A stretch of 64,000 nucleotides of DNA from Woeseiaceae bacterium (GTDB lineage: Bacteria; Pseudomonadota; Gammaproteobacteria; Steroidobacterales; Woeseiaceae): the NCBI GenBank assembly GCA_965224725.1, contig CBDCZZ010000001.1:37613-101612 (forward strand), given 5' to 3'. Under the pieces are notes generated by a model. It saw only the letters and a program-made list of their open reading frames with translations, was not told the origin of the DNA and searched no databases. The translations under genes and the position numbers were made by a program. Below are positions 33,575-43,000 of the stretch, piece after piece; positions within the stretch are counted from its first letter, which is position 1; each line of letters begins with the position of its first letter.

Positions 33575-34831
33575 TTGAATATACGCACGACTCTATGGGC
33601 GATCGTTCTGGGGCTAAGCTCCATGGTTTCCCAGGCCGCCGGCGCCGACTCCTGGGCCGACGGAACCGAAGCGTTCGAACGCAACGACTATAAATCCGCA
33701 CTCACACATTTTATTGCGGCACGGGACCAGGGCATGACTGGCCCGGCTGTGCATTACAACATCGCTGTGGCCCAGTACCAGCTTGGGCGCTATCGCGATT
33801 CCATCAATACATTTCAACTCATAAGTAACCGCTATCCGAAAATGCGCGGGCTGGCTGAGTACAATCTCGGGCTTGCCGAGCGTCGCCTGGGCAACAGTTC
33901 GACGGCTATCCGTCACTTCATCGCCGCGTATCGGAACAGTAGAGATAATGAAAAGATCCGGATCCTGGCTTCCCACCAGGTACGCGAGCTCGAACCGGAG
34001 ATGCGCACGGCATCAAGCTGGAGCGGCGCTTTCGGTATTGCGGCCGGATTCGACGACAACGTCACCTTGCGGGACACGTCAACTTTGTCATCAGGTGTGA
34101 CGACAGAAACGCCGACCGCCGAACTGTTTGCATCGATCAAGGGGCCCTATAGCGGGCGTAACGGGATCCGGTTCGAAGGCGACCTCTACCTGATCAAGAA
34201 TCTCGATGTTTCCGACTTTGATCAGACGGAAGTGGCCGCCGGGCTCTTTTACGACTGGCGGGGTGGAGACTGGCGAATACAGGCAGGTATCCATGGTGGA
34301 GCCGGTACCCTGGGCGGCGACGCATTTGATCAGAAGGCGGGTGCGAATCTACGTGCCACGCGTTATCTGAATGATATCTCCTCGATCACGTTCCAGTACT
34401 ACTATGACGACATACGTGCGGAAGACGATCTGTATGTCGGGATCGAGGGCACCCGACAACAGTTTCAGGCTCGCTATCAGTGGTATCCGGACGATGAGAA
34501 GCGACTTATCGTTAGGGTGCGGCATGATTACAATGATCGTCTGGACCCGAGCACGTCGCCGGTTCGAACCGGAATCTCGGCGGACTATCGGTATCAACCT
34601 GTAGTCGGCTGGGGGTTCGAAGTAGGTGCCGCTTTTCGGACCAGCCGCTATGACGGCGCGCTGTTGAGTCGCACTGAAGATCGCGCTCGAGTCCGCGCCG
34701 GCATAACCCGGTCATTACCGGGTAACTGGCGACTTCTGCTGGATTACAGGTTCACCAATAATCAGTCTTCTGACCCGGTCTTCGAATACGACAGAAGCGT
34801 CGCCGCATTAACACTGATGCGGTTCTTCTGA
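33575..34831 (+). CDS. Outer-membrane protein: N-terminal TPR domain + C-terminal beta-barrel (Slam/DUF560-like architecture)
   Basis: Signal peptide and TPR-like helices (YKSALTHFIAA...YNIAVAQYQLGRYRDS). Alternating beta-strand pattern through the C-terminal 250 aa, with a terminal ...LTLMRFF. Confidence 0.65.
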   Translation: MNIRTTLWAIVLGLSSMVSQAAGADSWADGTEAFERNDYKSALTHFIAARDQGMTGPAVHYNIAVAQYQLGRYRDSINTFQLISNRYPKMRGLAEYNLGLAERRLGNSSTAIRHFIAAYRNSRDNEKIRILASHQVRELEPEMRTASSWSGAFGIAAGFDDNVTLRDTSTLSSGVTTETPTAELFASIKGPYSGRNGIRFEGDLYLIKNLDVSDFDQTEVAAGLFYDWRGGDWRIQAGIHGGAGTLGGDAFDQKAGANLRATRYLNDISSITFQYYYDDIRAEDDLYVGIEGTRQQFQARYQWYPDDEKRLIVRVRHDYNDRLDPSTSPVRTGISADYRYQPVVGWGFEVGAAFRTSRYDGALLSRTEDRARVRAGITRSLPGNWRLLLDYRFTNNQSSDPVFEYDRSVAALTLMRFF

Positions 34832-34871
34832 TGTAGAGTCGGGGTAGTTCCGCAGCGAAGAGATTCACCCG

Positions 34872-36338
34872 ATGTCGAAACAATCGACACGCCATTCGGC
34901 GCTCGATATGTCGGCCGACGAGTTTCGTGCCCTCGGGCACGAGCTTGTCGAGCACATTGCAGCTTTCTATGAGTCGCTTGGGGAGCGACCCGTAACACGG
35001 GCATCGAGCCCGCAGGAATTGCGAGCGGCTCTCGGTGACGACGGGCTTCCCGAAGATGGAATGGATGCGTCGAAGCTGCTGGCGGAAATCACGCCGCTGT
35101 TGTTCGAGCACTCATTGCACAACAGTCATCCAAGATTCATGGGGTATATCACCTCGTCGTCATCGCCGCTCGGCGTGCTCGCGGACATGCTTGCGAGCTC
35201 TGTGAATGCCAACATTGCCAAGTGGGACATCTCACCGCTAGCCAGCGAAATCGAAACCCAGGTGGTGCAGTGGGTAGCAGACTTTATTGGCTACGACCAT
35301 AAGGCGAGCGGGCTCATGGTCAGCGGCGGCAACATGGCGAATTTCGTCGGGTTTGTCGCAGCACGTAAAAAGATCGTGCCGTGGGATATCCGCAAGGAAG
35401 GCAACTATGCCGACGACCGCAGGCTTACGGCTTACGTGTCGACGGAGACGCATACCTGGGTGCAGAAGGCCGCCGACGTCTGCGGCATGGGTGCCGACGG
35501 TATTCGCTGGATCGAGACAGACGACGATGGGCGCATGCGGGTCGATGCGTTGCGGGAACAGGTCGCGAGCGACCGGGCAGATGGGTGTTTTCCTTTTCTT
35601 GTTGTTGGAACCGGTGGCAGCGTCAGCTTTGGCATCGTCGATCCGATTCGTGAACTTTCGAGCATTTGCGAAGAGGAAGGTCTCTGGCTGCACGTCGATG
35701 GGGCGTATGGAGCGCCTGCTACCTGCCTTGCGGATGCGCCCGATGATCTGCACGCACTGTCGCTGGCCGACTCGGTCGCAATTGATCCCCACAAGTGGCT
35801 GTACTGCCCGATCGAAGTTGCCTGTGTCCTGACGAAGCACAAAAACGCACTGGTCGATGCCTTCAGTTTCAACCCTTCCTACTACCAGGTCGAATCCGGT
35901 GATTCGGGCATCAATTACTATGAGCTCGGGATGCAGAACACGCGTGGTTTCCGCGCGCTCAAAGTATGGCTGCAACTCAAGGCAATCGGTCGTGCAGCTT
36001 ATCGCGAATCCATTGGCGACGATGTTCGTCTCGCGCAGCGTCTCTATGCGCTCGTGGATTCATACGACGAGTTTGAGGCGAACTCGAACAACCTGAGCAT
36101 AACGACGTTTCGGTATGTGCCGGCGGGGAAAGAAAATGACGACGAGTACCTCAACGACCTGAACCGGGAAATACTTGGCGAGATCCTTGCCGAGGGTCGC
36201 TTCTTTATTACGAATGCCATTCTTGATGGCAGGTACTACCTGCGTGCATGTGTCGTGAACTTTCGTACGTCGGAGAAGGACGTCGATGCCCTTCCCGAGG
36301 CGGTTGCTGCTGTCGGTCGCCGTCTTGCATCCAAATAG
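34872..36338 (+). CDS. PLP-dependent group II amino-acid decarboxylase
   Basis: HPRFMGYITSSSSPLGVLADML and the lysine motif DPHKWLYCP. Confidence 0.88.
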   Translation: MSKQSTRHSALDMSADEFRALGHELVEHIAAFYESLGERPVTRASSPQELRAALGDDGLPEDGMDASKLLAEITPLLFEHSLHNSHPRFMGYITSSSSPLGVLADMLASSVNANIAKWDISPLASEIETQVVQWVADFIGYDHKASGLMVSGGNMANFVGFVAARKKIVPWDIRKEGNYADDRRLTAYVSTETHTWVQKAADVCGMGADGIRWIETDDDGRMRVDALREQVASDRADGCFPFLVVGTGGSVSFGIVDPIRELSSICEEEGLWLHVDGAYGAPATCLADAPDDLHALSLADSVAIDPHKWLYCPIEVACVLTKHKNALVDAFSFNPSYYQVESGDSGINYYELGMQNTRGFRALKVWLQLKAIGRAAYRESIGDDVRLAQRLYALVDSYDEFEANSNNLSITTFRYVPAGKENDDEYLNDLNREILGEILAEGRFFITNAILDGRYYLRACVVNFRTSEKDVDALPEAVAAVGRRLASK

Positions 36339-36362
36339 GCTCCACCACGCATCTGCGTTGGT

Positions 36363-37127
36363 ATGAATGAGGCACTCAGACTTGCGCTCATAGCGAGCGC
36401 CGTGGCGATCGGCATTACGTCGGTCATGGACGCGACCGGTTACACGATGTTCAGCGCCCTGGCTCTGATACCGATTACTGGTCTGTTCTGGTTCCTGCAG
36501 AAGAATTCCCGTGCCGAGGTAGGCCTGACCTGGGGCACTGGCCAAGGCTACGCTTTCGCCATCTTGTATCCGGTGCTCGCCATCGGTCTCATTGCGGGCA
36601 TTGCATTTGTGACCGGCGCGATCGATACGAGCGAAGCCGAGTGGGACAAGGCACTCATCAACATCGCTGCCAGCACAGCGATAGGCCCTTTGATGGTCAT
36701 GCTTACGGAGGAGGGGTTTTTCCGCGGCTGGCTGTGGGCGTCGTTCAAACGTGGCGGGCTAAGTGATACGAAGGTCCTGATCTGGACGACAGTTATCTTC
36801 GTAGTGTGGCACTGGTCCGCGATCTTCCTCGACACTGGTTTTGATCTGCCGTTGGCTGAGATCCCGATTTACGCCGTAAACGCAACGTTGCTGGGAATGA
36901 ACTGGGGGTTGCTCCGTCAGCTGACAGGGTCAGTCGTCGTCGCCAGTGTGTGCCATGCAATCTGGAACGGGCTCGCATACACGCTATTCGGTTTCGGCGA
37001 GAAGGTCGGCGAGCTCGGCGTTCAGGCGACGCATTTCTTCGGGCCGGAGGTGGGCCTGCTCGGCTTCGTAGTGAATGTCGCCGCGTTCGCCGTGTTGCTG
37101 GTGTGGAGACGCAAGCTGCGGACTTGA
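36363..37127 (+). CDS. CPBP (CAAX) family intramembrane glutamic protease
   Basis: EEGFFRGWL motif 1 plus FVVWH and HAIWN motifs in a polytopic membrane protein. Confidence 0.8.
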   Translation: MNEALRLALIASAVAIGITSVMDATGYTMFSALALIPITGLFWFLQKNSRAEVGLTWGTGQGYAFAILYPVLAIGLIAGIAFVTGAIDTSEAEWDKALINIAASTAIGPLMVMLTEEGFFRGWLWASFKRGGLSDTKVLIWTTVIFVVWHWSAIFLDTGFDLPLAEIPIYAVNATLLGMNWGLLRQLTGSVVVASVCHAIWNGLAYTLFGFGEKVGELGVQATHFFGPEVGLLGFVVNVAAFAVLLVWRRKLRT

Positions 37128-37199
37128 CCAAAGTTTGCAGCACCCGCCGGTGCTTGCGATCATGTCGGGATAACAAGCTTCGCCTTAAGGAGCGAATCC

Positions 37200-39233
37200 A
37201 TGTCCCGACTTTCCTACCTGTTGTTGTTCCTCGCCGCATCCGCGTTCGCAGATCACAATGATCACATCCTCAAGAACCTCGATGTTTTTGAACTCGAACG
37301 CGCTACCGATCCACAGATTTCACCTGATGGTGAACGCGTAGCCTACGAACGGCGAGCATTCGACATCATGACAGACCGCGCTGTATCCAGTATCTGGGTG
37401 GTTGATGCGGACAGTCGCAATCATCGGCCGCTGCTTTCGGACGGTGGTTCGTTCAGCAGCCCACGCTGGTCGCCAAATGGCGATCGGCTTGCTTACGTAA
37501 CAAATGTTGATGGTCGTGGTCCGCAGATCCACGTTCGTTGGATGGATACGGGCCAAACGGCCGTTTTGACGAATATCCGCACGAGTCCCGGGTCGCTGTC
37601 CTGGTCTCCCGACGGCAACTGGCTTGCGTTCTCAATGTTCGTACCAGAGACGTCAAAGCCTCTTGTGGCACCGCCTCCGGCCCCGAAGGGCGCAGATTGG
37701 GCGCCCGGCGCCTGGGTTGTCGAGTCGATGCCATACCGGGCTGACGGACAGGGCTACCTGCCGGCCGGTTACCAGCACATATTTGTGCTATCGACCGAGG
37801 GAGGCACGCCGCGGCAGCTGACGAGCGGTGACTACCATCACGGTGGTTCGATTGCGTGGACGTCCGATGGGTCGAGCATCATTTTCGGCGCGAATCGGCA
37901 GGAGGATTTCGCGCACGACCCGGTTGAGTCAGAAATCTGGGTCGTGTCCGTTGCCGATGGCGAAATGACCAAGCTCACCGACAGAAACGGCCCGGATTTC
38001 GCGCCGGCCGTTTCGCCTGATGGCAAGTCAGTCGCTTATCTGGGTTTCGACGACAAGATGATGGGCTACGAAAATAACGCGGCCTACGTTCTCGATCTTG
38101 CCTCCGGTGAGTCACGCAAGATCAGCGGTGATTTCGACCGCAGTATTTCGAGCATCCAGTGGGCCGGAAATTCGCGCTCGTTTTACATCCAGTACGATGA
38201 TCATGGAAAAACGCACATCGCGTCGATGAACATGAACGGCAATATCGGTTCGATTGCCGACGACGTCGGCGGTGTTGTCATGGGTCGACCTTACACAAGC
38301 GGCGCATTCTCGACAGCCGACAACGGCGCGTTCGCCTATACAGCCGGGCGTGCTACTCGACCCTCTGATGTCGGCGTCGGACGTGGCAACCGGGCTACGC
38401 GTCGAATTACCGATCTAAACTCAGATGCGTTAGGCCACAAGTACGTGTCTGCCATCGAAGAGATAAACTGGCGCTCATCGGTCGGTGATCTCGATATCCA
38501 GGGCTGGCTGGCATTCCCGCCCGATTTCGATCCCGAGAAGAAGTACCCGCTTATCCTCGAGATTCACGGTGGGCCACGTGCGGCCTACGGTCCGCAATTT
38601 TCGCCTGAAATCCAGTTGTTTGCGGCAGCCGGTTACGTCGTGCTGTACGCCAACCCGCGCGGCTCGACCAGCTACGGCTACGATTTTGTTAACGAGATTC
38701 ACCACAACTACCCGAGCCAGGACTACGACGACCTGATGTCGGGTGTCGACGCTGTCATTGACCGCGGTTACATCGATGAAGACCAGCTGTTCGTCACGGG
38801 TGGGTCCGGTGGTGGCGTTCTGACGGCATGGATCGTCGGCAAGACAGACCGCTTCGCAGCCGCTGTCGTAGCCAAACCCGTTATCAACTGGATCAGTCAC
38901 ACGTTAACGGCCGATGGTACGCATGTCTGGACGCGCTACTGGTTCAAGAACAAGCCGTGGGAAGACTTCGAGACTTACTGGTCGCAGTCGCCGTTATCGC
39001 TGGTCGGCAATGTTACGACACCGACCGCACTGTTAACGGGCGAGGCGGATTACCGTACACCGATGGCGGAATCAGAGCAGTACTACCAGGCGCTGATGCT
39101 GCGCAAGGTGCCGACTGCGCTCGTTCGTATTCCCGAAGCGTCGCACGGCATCGTTGGCAGACCGTCACACCTTATGGCCAAGGTCGACAACATCCTCGCC
39201 TGGTTTGAGCGCTACCGAAGCAATGGTGACTGA
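37200..39233 (+). CDS. S9 family serine peptidase with N-terminal beta-propeller
   Basis: PD40/TolB-like repeats (SPDGERVAY, SPNGDRLAY, SPDGNWLAF, SPDGKSVAY). Catalytic region VTGGSGGGVL and C-terminal His region. Confidence 0.88.
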   Translation: MSRLSYLLLFLAASAFADHNDHILKNLDVFELERATDPQISPDGERVAYERRAFDIMTDRAVSSIWVVDADSRNHRPLLSDGGSFSSPRWSPNGDRLAYVTNVDGRGPQIHVRWMDTGQTAVLTNIRTSPGSLSWSPDGNWLAFSMFVPETSKPLVAPPPAPKGADWAPGAWVVESMPYRADGQGYLPAGYQHIFVLSTEGGTPRQLTSGDYHHGGSIAWTSDGSSIIFGANRQEDFAHDPVESEIWVVSVADGEMTKLTDRNGPDFAPAVSPDGKSVAYLGFDDKMMGYENNAAYVLDLASGESRKISGDFDRSISSIQWAGNSRSFYIQYDDHGKTHIASMNMNGNIGSIADDVGGVVMGRPYTSGAFSTADNGAFAYTAGRATRPSDVGVGRGNRATRRITDLNSDALGHKYVSAIEEINWRSSVGDLDIQGWLAFPPDFDPEKKYPLILEIHGGPRAAYGPQFSPEIQLFAAAGYVVLYANPRGSTSYGYDFVNEIHHNYPSQDYDDLMSGVDAVIDRGYIDEDQLFVTGGSGGGVLTAWIVGKTDRFAAAVVAKPVINWISHTLTADGTHVWTRYWFKNKPWEDFETYWSQSPLSLVGNVTTPTALLTGEADYRTPMAESEQYYQALMLRKVPTALVRIPEASHGIVGRPSHLMAKVDNILAWFERYRSNGD

Positions 39234-40208
39234 TTGACGAGTATCCCGTACCTGTTGAATCCGTTCTGGCTGCCTATTGGTAGCCGTGAACTTGAGCAAC
39301 CCGTTGCCAACGTACAGCGCCGTGTGCCGCTCGACTTTACAGATCCGCGCGACAACCTGTACGCGTTCGGCAAACTCTGGGCCACTTATGATGATGTGCC
39401 CGCGTACTCGGCATTTCATGGGCTGATGTTTGCAGCGATTGGCGACAAGCGCCTCGAGCCGCTGTTCGGCTACACAGGCGTCGGCAACTTCCAGGCGAAG
39501 GTGCTCGACAACGGCAACGTTCGCTTACGCGGCAAGGAGACCGGCTACTTCTTCGACCCGGCGAGCGGCGACATTCTCGAAACCTGGAAGAACCCGTGGA
39601 CGGGCGAAACCGTCGAAGTTTTCAACTTCCTCAATGAAAGAATTCGCGGCGAGCTTACGCCAGAAATGCCGCGCTTCGATTTCGGTGACAAGGATGACGC
39701 GCCCACACTTATGAACGACGGTACTGCGATTATTCGCGAGGACGGTTCGGTGCCATTCATTCTGCCGTGGCAGCGATACGGCAATCGCATGTCGCTCTCC
39801 TGGGATTACACGCATCGCTATCGCAACCCGGTCACGCCGGAGAAATGGCCGAAGGCGTCGACGGGCGAGTTCATCAACCCTTCCGAACATTTCACGTTTG
39901 GCTGTTCACTCGAGGAGCTGGAGGATCGCAGCAATCCAAGCGCCACGTTCGACAGCGGCTTCTCACGCCTGTCGCCATTCTGGCCGTGGATGCGAATGGG
40001 GCAGAGTGGCGTCGACGGCCTGTTGTTTGGCCGCATGCACTCGCACAAGAGCAACAGTGGATTTGATGACGTGCCGCCAAAGGTATTGGCATACACGGAG
40101 AAGCACTACCCCGAATACCTCGAGCCATGCACCGACTGGGATGATGGTTTCCCGATTGGGACCTGGGAAGCCTACGCCCGGGCGGTGCCGCCCGAAGTAG
40201 ACGAATAG
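39234..40208 (+). CDS. DUF1838-like protein
   Basis: Long ORF immediately after the peptidase gene (TTG start). FGYTGVGNFQAKVLDNGNVRLRGKETGYFFDP fits my recollection of DUF1838. Confidence 0.6.
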   Translation: MTSIPYLLNPFWLPIGSRELEQPVANVQRRVPLDFTDPRDNLYAFGKLWATYDDVPAYSAFHGLMFAAIGDKRLEPLFGYTGVGNFQAKVLDNGNVRLRGKETGYFFDPASGDILETWKNPWTGETVEVFNFLNERIRGELTPEMPRFDFGDKDDAPTLMNDGTAIIREDGSVPFILPWQRYGNRMSLSWDYTHRYRNPVTPEKWPKASTGEFINPSEHFTFGCSLEELEDRSNPSATFDSGFSRLSPFWPWMRMGQSGVDGLLFGRMHSHKSNSGFDDVPPKVLAYTEKHYPEYLEPCTDWDDGFPIGTWEAYARAVPPEVDE

Positions 40209-40211
40209 CTT

Positions 40212-40961
40212 CTAGAGCATCGTCGCTCTCTCAATGGCCTGCGTCATTTCTTCGCCGTAGACGTCCACGACTTTATGGCGGTCCGGGTCGTTATCGATGA
40301 TCAAGCGGGCGATTTTTATTCGGCGATCAAGTCGCGCATTCGCCGTGGCTTCGTCAAGTCGCTCTGCCGACTTCCAGATCGCGAGCCAGGCATCGACATA
40401 ATTGAGCGCCCAGTCCTGCATCTCGCCGACACTTTCCGCTGAGACACTTTTCGCCATGAGAAAATACGGCGAGCAGAGTGCGCGCATATGCGGAAGCCGC
40501 GATGCTTCAATGTGTATGTGCTTGTGTTTTTTCGCACGGTTGTACGTGTCATCGAGTACCGCGTAACGATGCTGAATGAGCGAGTAATTGTCGATCACGT
40601 CCTCATCGGGGTACAGGTCCATCGAGGCCTGGCTACCACGTGTTGAAATCATGCCTTCGAAATTAAAACGGGGGATCAGGTAGTTATGATCCGGGATTGC
40701 GTGAATGTTGAAGTAGCGCATCCCCGGCAGGATGTCGATCGACAGCGATGCCAGCCTGTCCATGTGGGGGGCCGTCCAGGTCTTGACGTATCCCGTGCTT
40801 TCGCCTTTGAGGTTCTTCAGGTCGTGCAAGTCCGCAAACCGGTCAATGGGCTCGGCGTTGAGGGCGGACACAAGTTTATCCTCGACCGGTTGGCCGTAGC
40901 TTGCCAGGTCGTCGCTGAGTTTTCCGAACACGAGTCGGCCCAACAGTTGCTTCATGACCAT
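40212..40961 (-). CDS. Ferredoxin-dependent bilin reductase (FDBR, PcyA/PebA) family-like protein
   Basis: Motif-level match recalled from PcyA/PebA. The core HMDRLASLSIDILPGMRYFNIHAIPDHNYLIPRFNFEGMIS..ASMDLYP resembles F(R/K)[30 protein letters not shown]..ADLSP. The C-terminal NDPDRHKVVDVYGEEM resembles NDKTRRVLEKAFGEAW. Confidence 0.6.
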   Translation of the reverse strand: MVMKQLLGRLVFGKLSDDLASYGQPVEDKLVSALNAEPIDRFADLHDLKNLKGESTGYVKTWTAPHMDRLASLSIDILPGMRYFNIHAIPDHNYLIPRFNFEGMISTRGSQASMDLYPDEDVIDNYSLIQHRYAVLDDTYNRAKKHKHIHIEASRLPHMRALCSPYFLMAKSVSAESVGEMQDWALNYVDAWLAIWKSAERLDEATANARLDRRIKIARLIIDNDPDRHKVVDVYGEEMTQAIERATML

Positions 40962-41019
40962 CGTTCTATTCCATTAATCTGTTAGTGCGTTGCTTGCGAT
41001 ATCTTACGGGCCTTGTAAG

Positions 41020-41039
41020 ATGTGACTAGATAGTCACAT
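41020..41039. promoter_or_regulatory. Perfect palindrome ATGTGACTA-GA-TAGTCACAT in the divergent intergenic region (candidate operator)
   Basis: 9-bp arms with a 2-nt spacer. A second dyad, ATCTTAC-N7-GTAAGAT, lies at 41001-41021. A TetR gene is 0.7 kb away. Confidence 0.5.
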
Positions 41040-41041
41040 AC

Positions 41042-41725
41042 GTGCAATATCAAATGCAAGATCGTTCAACGGCACAGGACAACAAGCTCAGGCACCTGCT
41101 GGTTCTGGGAGGTGCGGGCCGTTGTGGGCAGTCCGTTCTCAAGCAGGCGTTGCAGCACGGTTATCGCGTCACAGCTCTCTTGAGGGATCCGGCCAAACTC
41201 GATGACCTGCAGCACGATAACCTCACCATAGACGAGGGTGATGCAGCCGACGAGGACAGCATCACACGATGTCTGCAGTACGGAGTCGACGCCGTGGTTT
41301 CGACGCTCGGGACCTACATACGTAACGACGCTACACCAATGACCGATATCACGAGGACGCTGATTGCAGTCATGCAGTCACAAGCCGTATCGCGCATCGT
41401 GCTGATGTCGTCGATGGGCGTCGGCGATTCGAAACGCTGGGGCGGCCTGACTGAGCAGTTCGTCATTCGCTTCGTACTTCGCCACGTGCTGGCCGACAAG
41501 ACGTCGCAGGAGCAGTTGCTGCGCCAAAGTGACCTCGATTGGACCATCCTGAGGCCGCCACGAATTCTCGAATCCCTGGAGCACTCGGACTATTCGCGTT
41601 GGCAGTCGGAGCTCGTTGGTTTCAAGCCGAGATGGAAGATCTCCCGGGCGGATGCTGCAAAAGAAATGCTGGGCCTGCTTGAGGATCCATCAACGATCGG
41701 ACAGACCTGGCATATCTCTTATTAG
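41042..41725 (+). CDS. NAD(P)H-binding protein of the flavin reductase / biliverdin-IX-beta reductase (BLVRB)-like SDR family
   Basis: LLVLGGAGRCGQSVLKQALQHGYRVTALLRDPAKL...GDAADEDSI...GVDAVVSTLGT parallels the BLVRB layout. The start may be ATG 41054. Confidence 0.7.
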   Translation: MQYQMQDRSTAQDNKLRHLLVLGGAGRCGQSVLKQALQHGYRVTALLRDPAKLDDLQHDNLTIDEGDAADEDSITRCLQYGVDAVVSTLGTYIRNDATPMTDITRTLIAVMQSQAVSRIVLMSSMGVGDSKRWGGLTEQFVIRFVLRHVLADKTSQEQLLRQSDLDWTILRPPRILESLEHSDYSRWQSELVGFKPRWKISRADAAKEMLGLLEDPSTIGQTWHISY

Positions 41726-41733
41726 TTACGCCA

Positions 41734-42372
41734 TCAATTCGCAGTGAACAGGAATCGATCGACGAGGGTATCGATCAGAGCGTCGATGCGATCCCAGCTA
41801 CTCTCCTCGCGCAGGTCCATGCCGAAACAGTCAGGGCTGGTTACGGCGCGCATACACAGGTAATTGAACAGGCAGTAGAACACGAGGCTCAGATCGACCA
41901 GGTCGCCTCGTTGTTCGTCGTCGACATCCGCCAGAATCTGCGCGAGCTCGCGACCGATCTTGTCCGACGTACGCTCCAGCACTGCGGTAACGGCGGTCGG
42001 GTTCATTAGCTCGCTCGCCATGATGCGCATGATGACCGGGCGCTCACGCAATGCGCGCACATAGTTGCGCTGGATCGTCTTGATCTTTTCGGGATAGTCG
42101 AGTGCGTTGAATGCCGCTTCGTTGCCGCCAAGCAGTTCATTGGCCGTCGGCCAGTTGGCGCCGCGTTCCAGCCACGCCGATACCAGGCCAGGCAGCCCGT
42201 CGAAATACCGGTAGAGAAGCTGTTTGCCGACGCCGGCCTCTTCGACAACGCTGTTTACGCCAATCCCGTCAGGGCCCCTGGCAAGGAGCAGCCGTTCGCA
42301 GGCATCAAGCAACAACCGCTCGGTTGCCTGCCGGTCTCTCTCGCGGGGCTTCCTGGGTGCGTTGGAACTCAC
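41734..42372 (-). CDS. TetR/AcrR family transcriptional regulator
   Basis: N-terminal HTH: ATERLLLDACERLLLARGPDGIGVNSVVEEAGVGKQLLYRYF. Confidence 0.85.
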   Translation of the reverse strand: MSSNAPRKPRERDRQATERLLLDACERLLLARGPDGIGVNSVVEEAGVGKQLLYRYFDGLPGLVSAWLERGANWPTANELLGGNEAAFNALDYPEKIKTIQRNYVRALRERPVIMRIMASELMNPTAVTAVLERTSDKIGRELAQILADVDDEQRGDLVDLSLVFYCLFNYLCMRAVTSPDCFGMDLREESSWDRIDALIDTLVDRFLFTAN

Positions 42373-42414
42373 GGCGAGAAGAATAGCACGCCGATCACTG
42401 AACCAAAGTCGGCG

Positions 42415-42846
42415 TCAGGAAACGATCTCTACGAGTTCGATATCGAAGTTCAGCGTCTGGCCGGCGAGCGGGTGGTTGGCGTCGACGGTAACTGCTTCGT
42501 CCGCGACCTCGGTGATTACGAGGTTCAGCGGGTAGCCGTCTTCGCTCTGCGCCTGAAGTTGCATGCCTACTTCAGGCTCGATCTCGCCCGGCAGTCGATC
42601 GCGTGGCACCTGGTGGACAAGCTGGTCACTACGTTCGCCGTATGCATTTTCGGGCTCGATAGACACCGAAACATTTTCGCCAACTGCCAATCCGTCGACC
42701 GCCGAATCGAATCCCGGAATCACCTGGCCGCTACCAAGCTCGAACTCGAGCGGATCGCGTCCCTCGGAACTGTCGAACTGGCTGCCGTCCTCAAGTGTGC
42801 CGGTGTAATGAATACGTACTTTGTCGCCGGATTTGGCTGTGGTCAT
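42415..42846 (-). CDS. FKBP-type peptidyl-prolyl cis-trans isomerase (SlyD/SlpA-like, with IF insert)
   Basis: KVRIHYTGTLEDGSQFDSS...FELGSGQVIPGFDSAV...NHPLAGQTLNFDIELVEI. Confidence 0.88.
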   Translation of the reverse strand: MTTAKSGDKVRIHYTGTLEDGSQFDSSEGRDPLEFELGSGQVIPGFDSAVDGLAVGENVSVSIEPENAYGERSDQLVHQVPRDRLPGEIEPEVGMQLQAQSEDGYPLNLVITEVADEAVTVDANHPLAGQTLNFDIELVEIVS

Positions 42847-43000
42847 GATTTACTCCCTGAGCGGACGCGCACCTTAACAGAAAATTCGTTTCGACCTGAC
42901 ATAATTACCGCCGTTTTGGTCCGGCTTCGGCATATACTGGCGGAAGCAGAAAAAAACATAAGCACCACCCGATAAGCACAATAATTCCGAGAGGGTAGGC

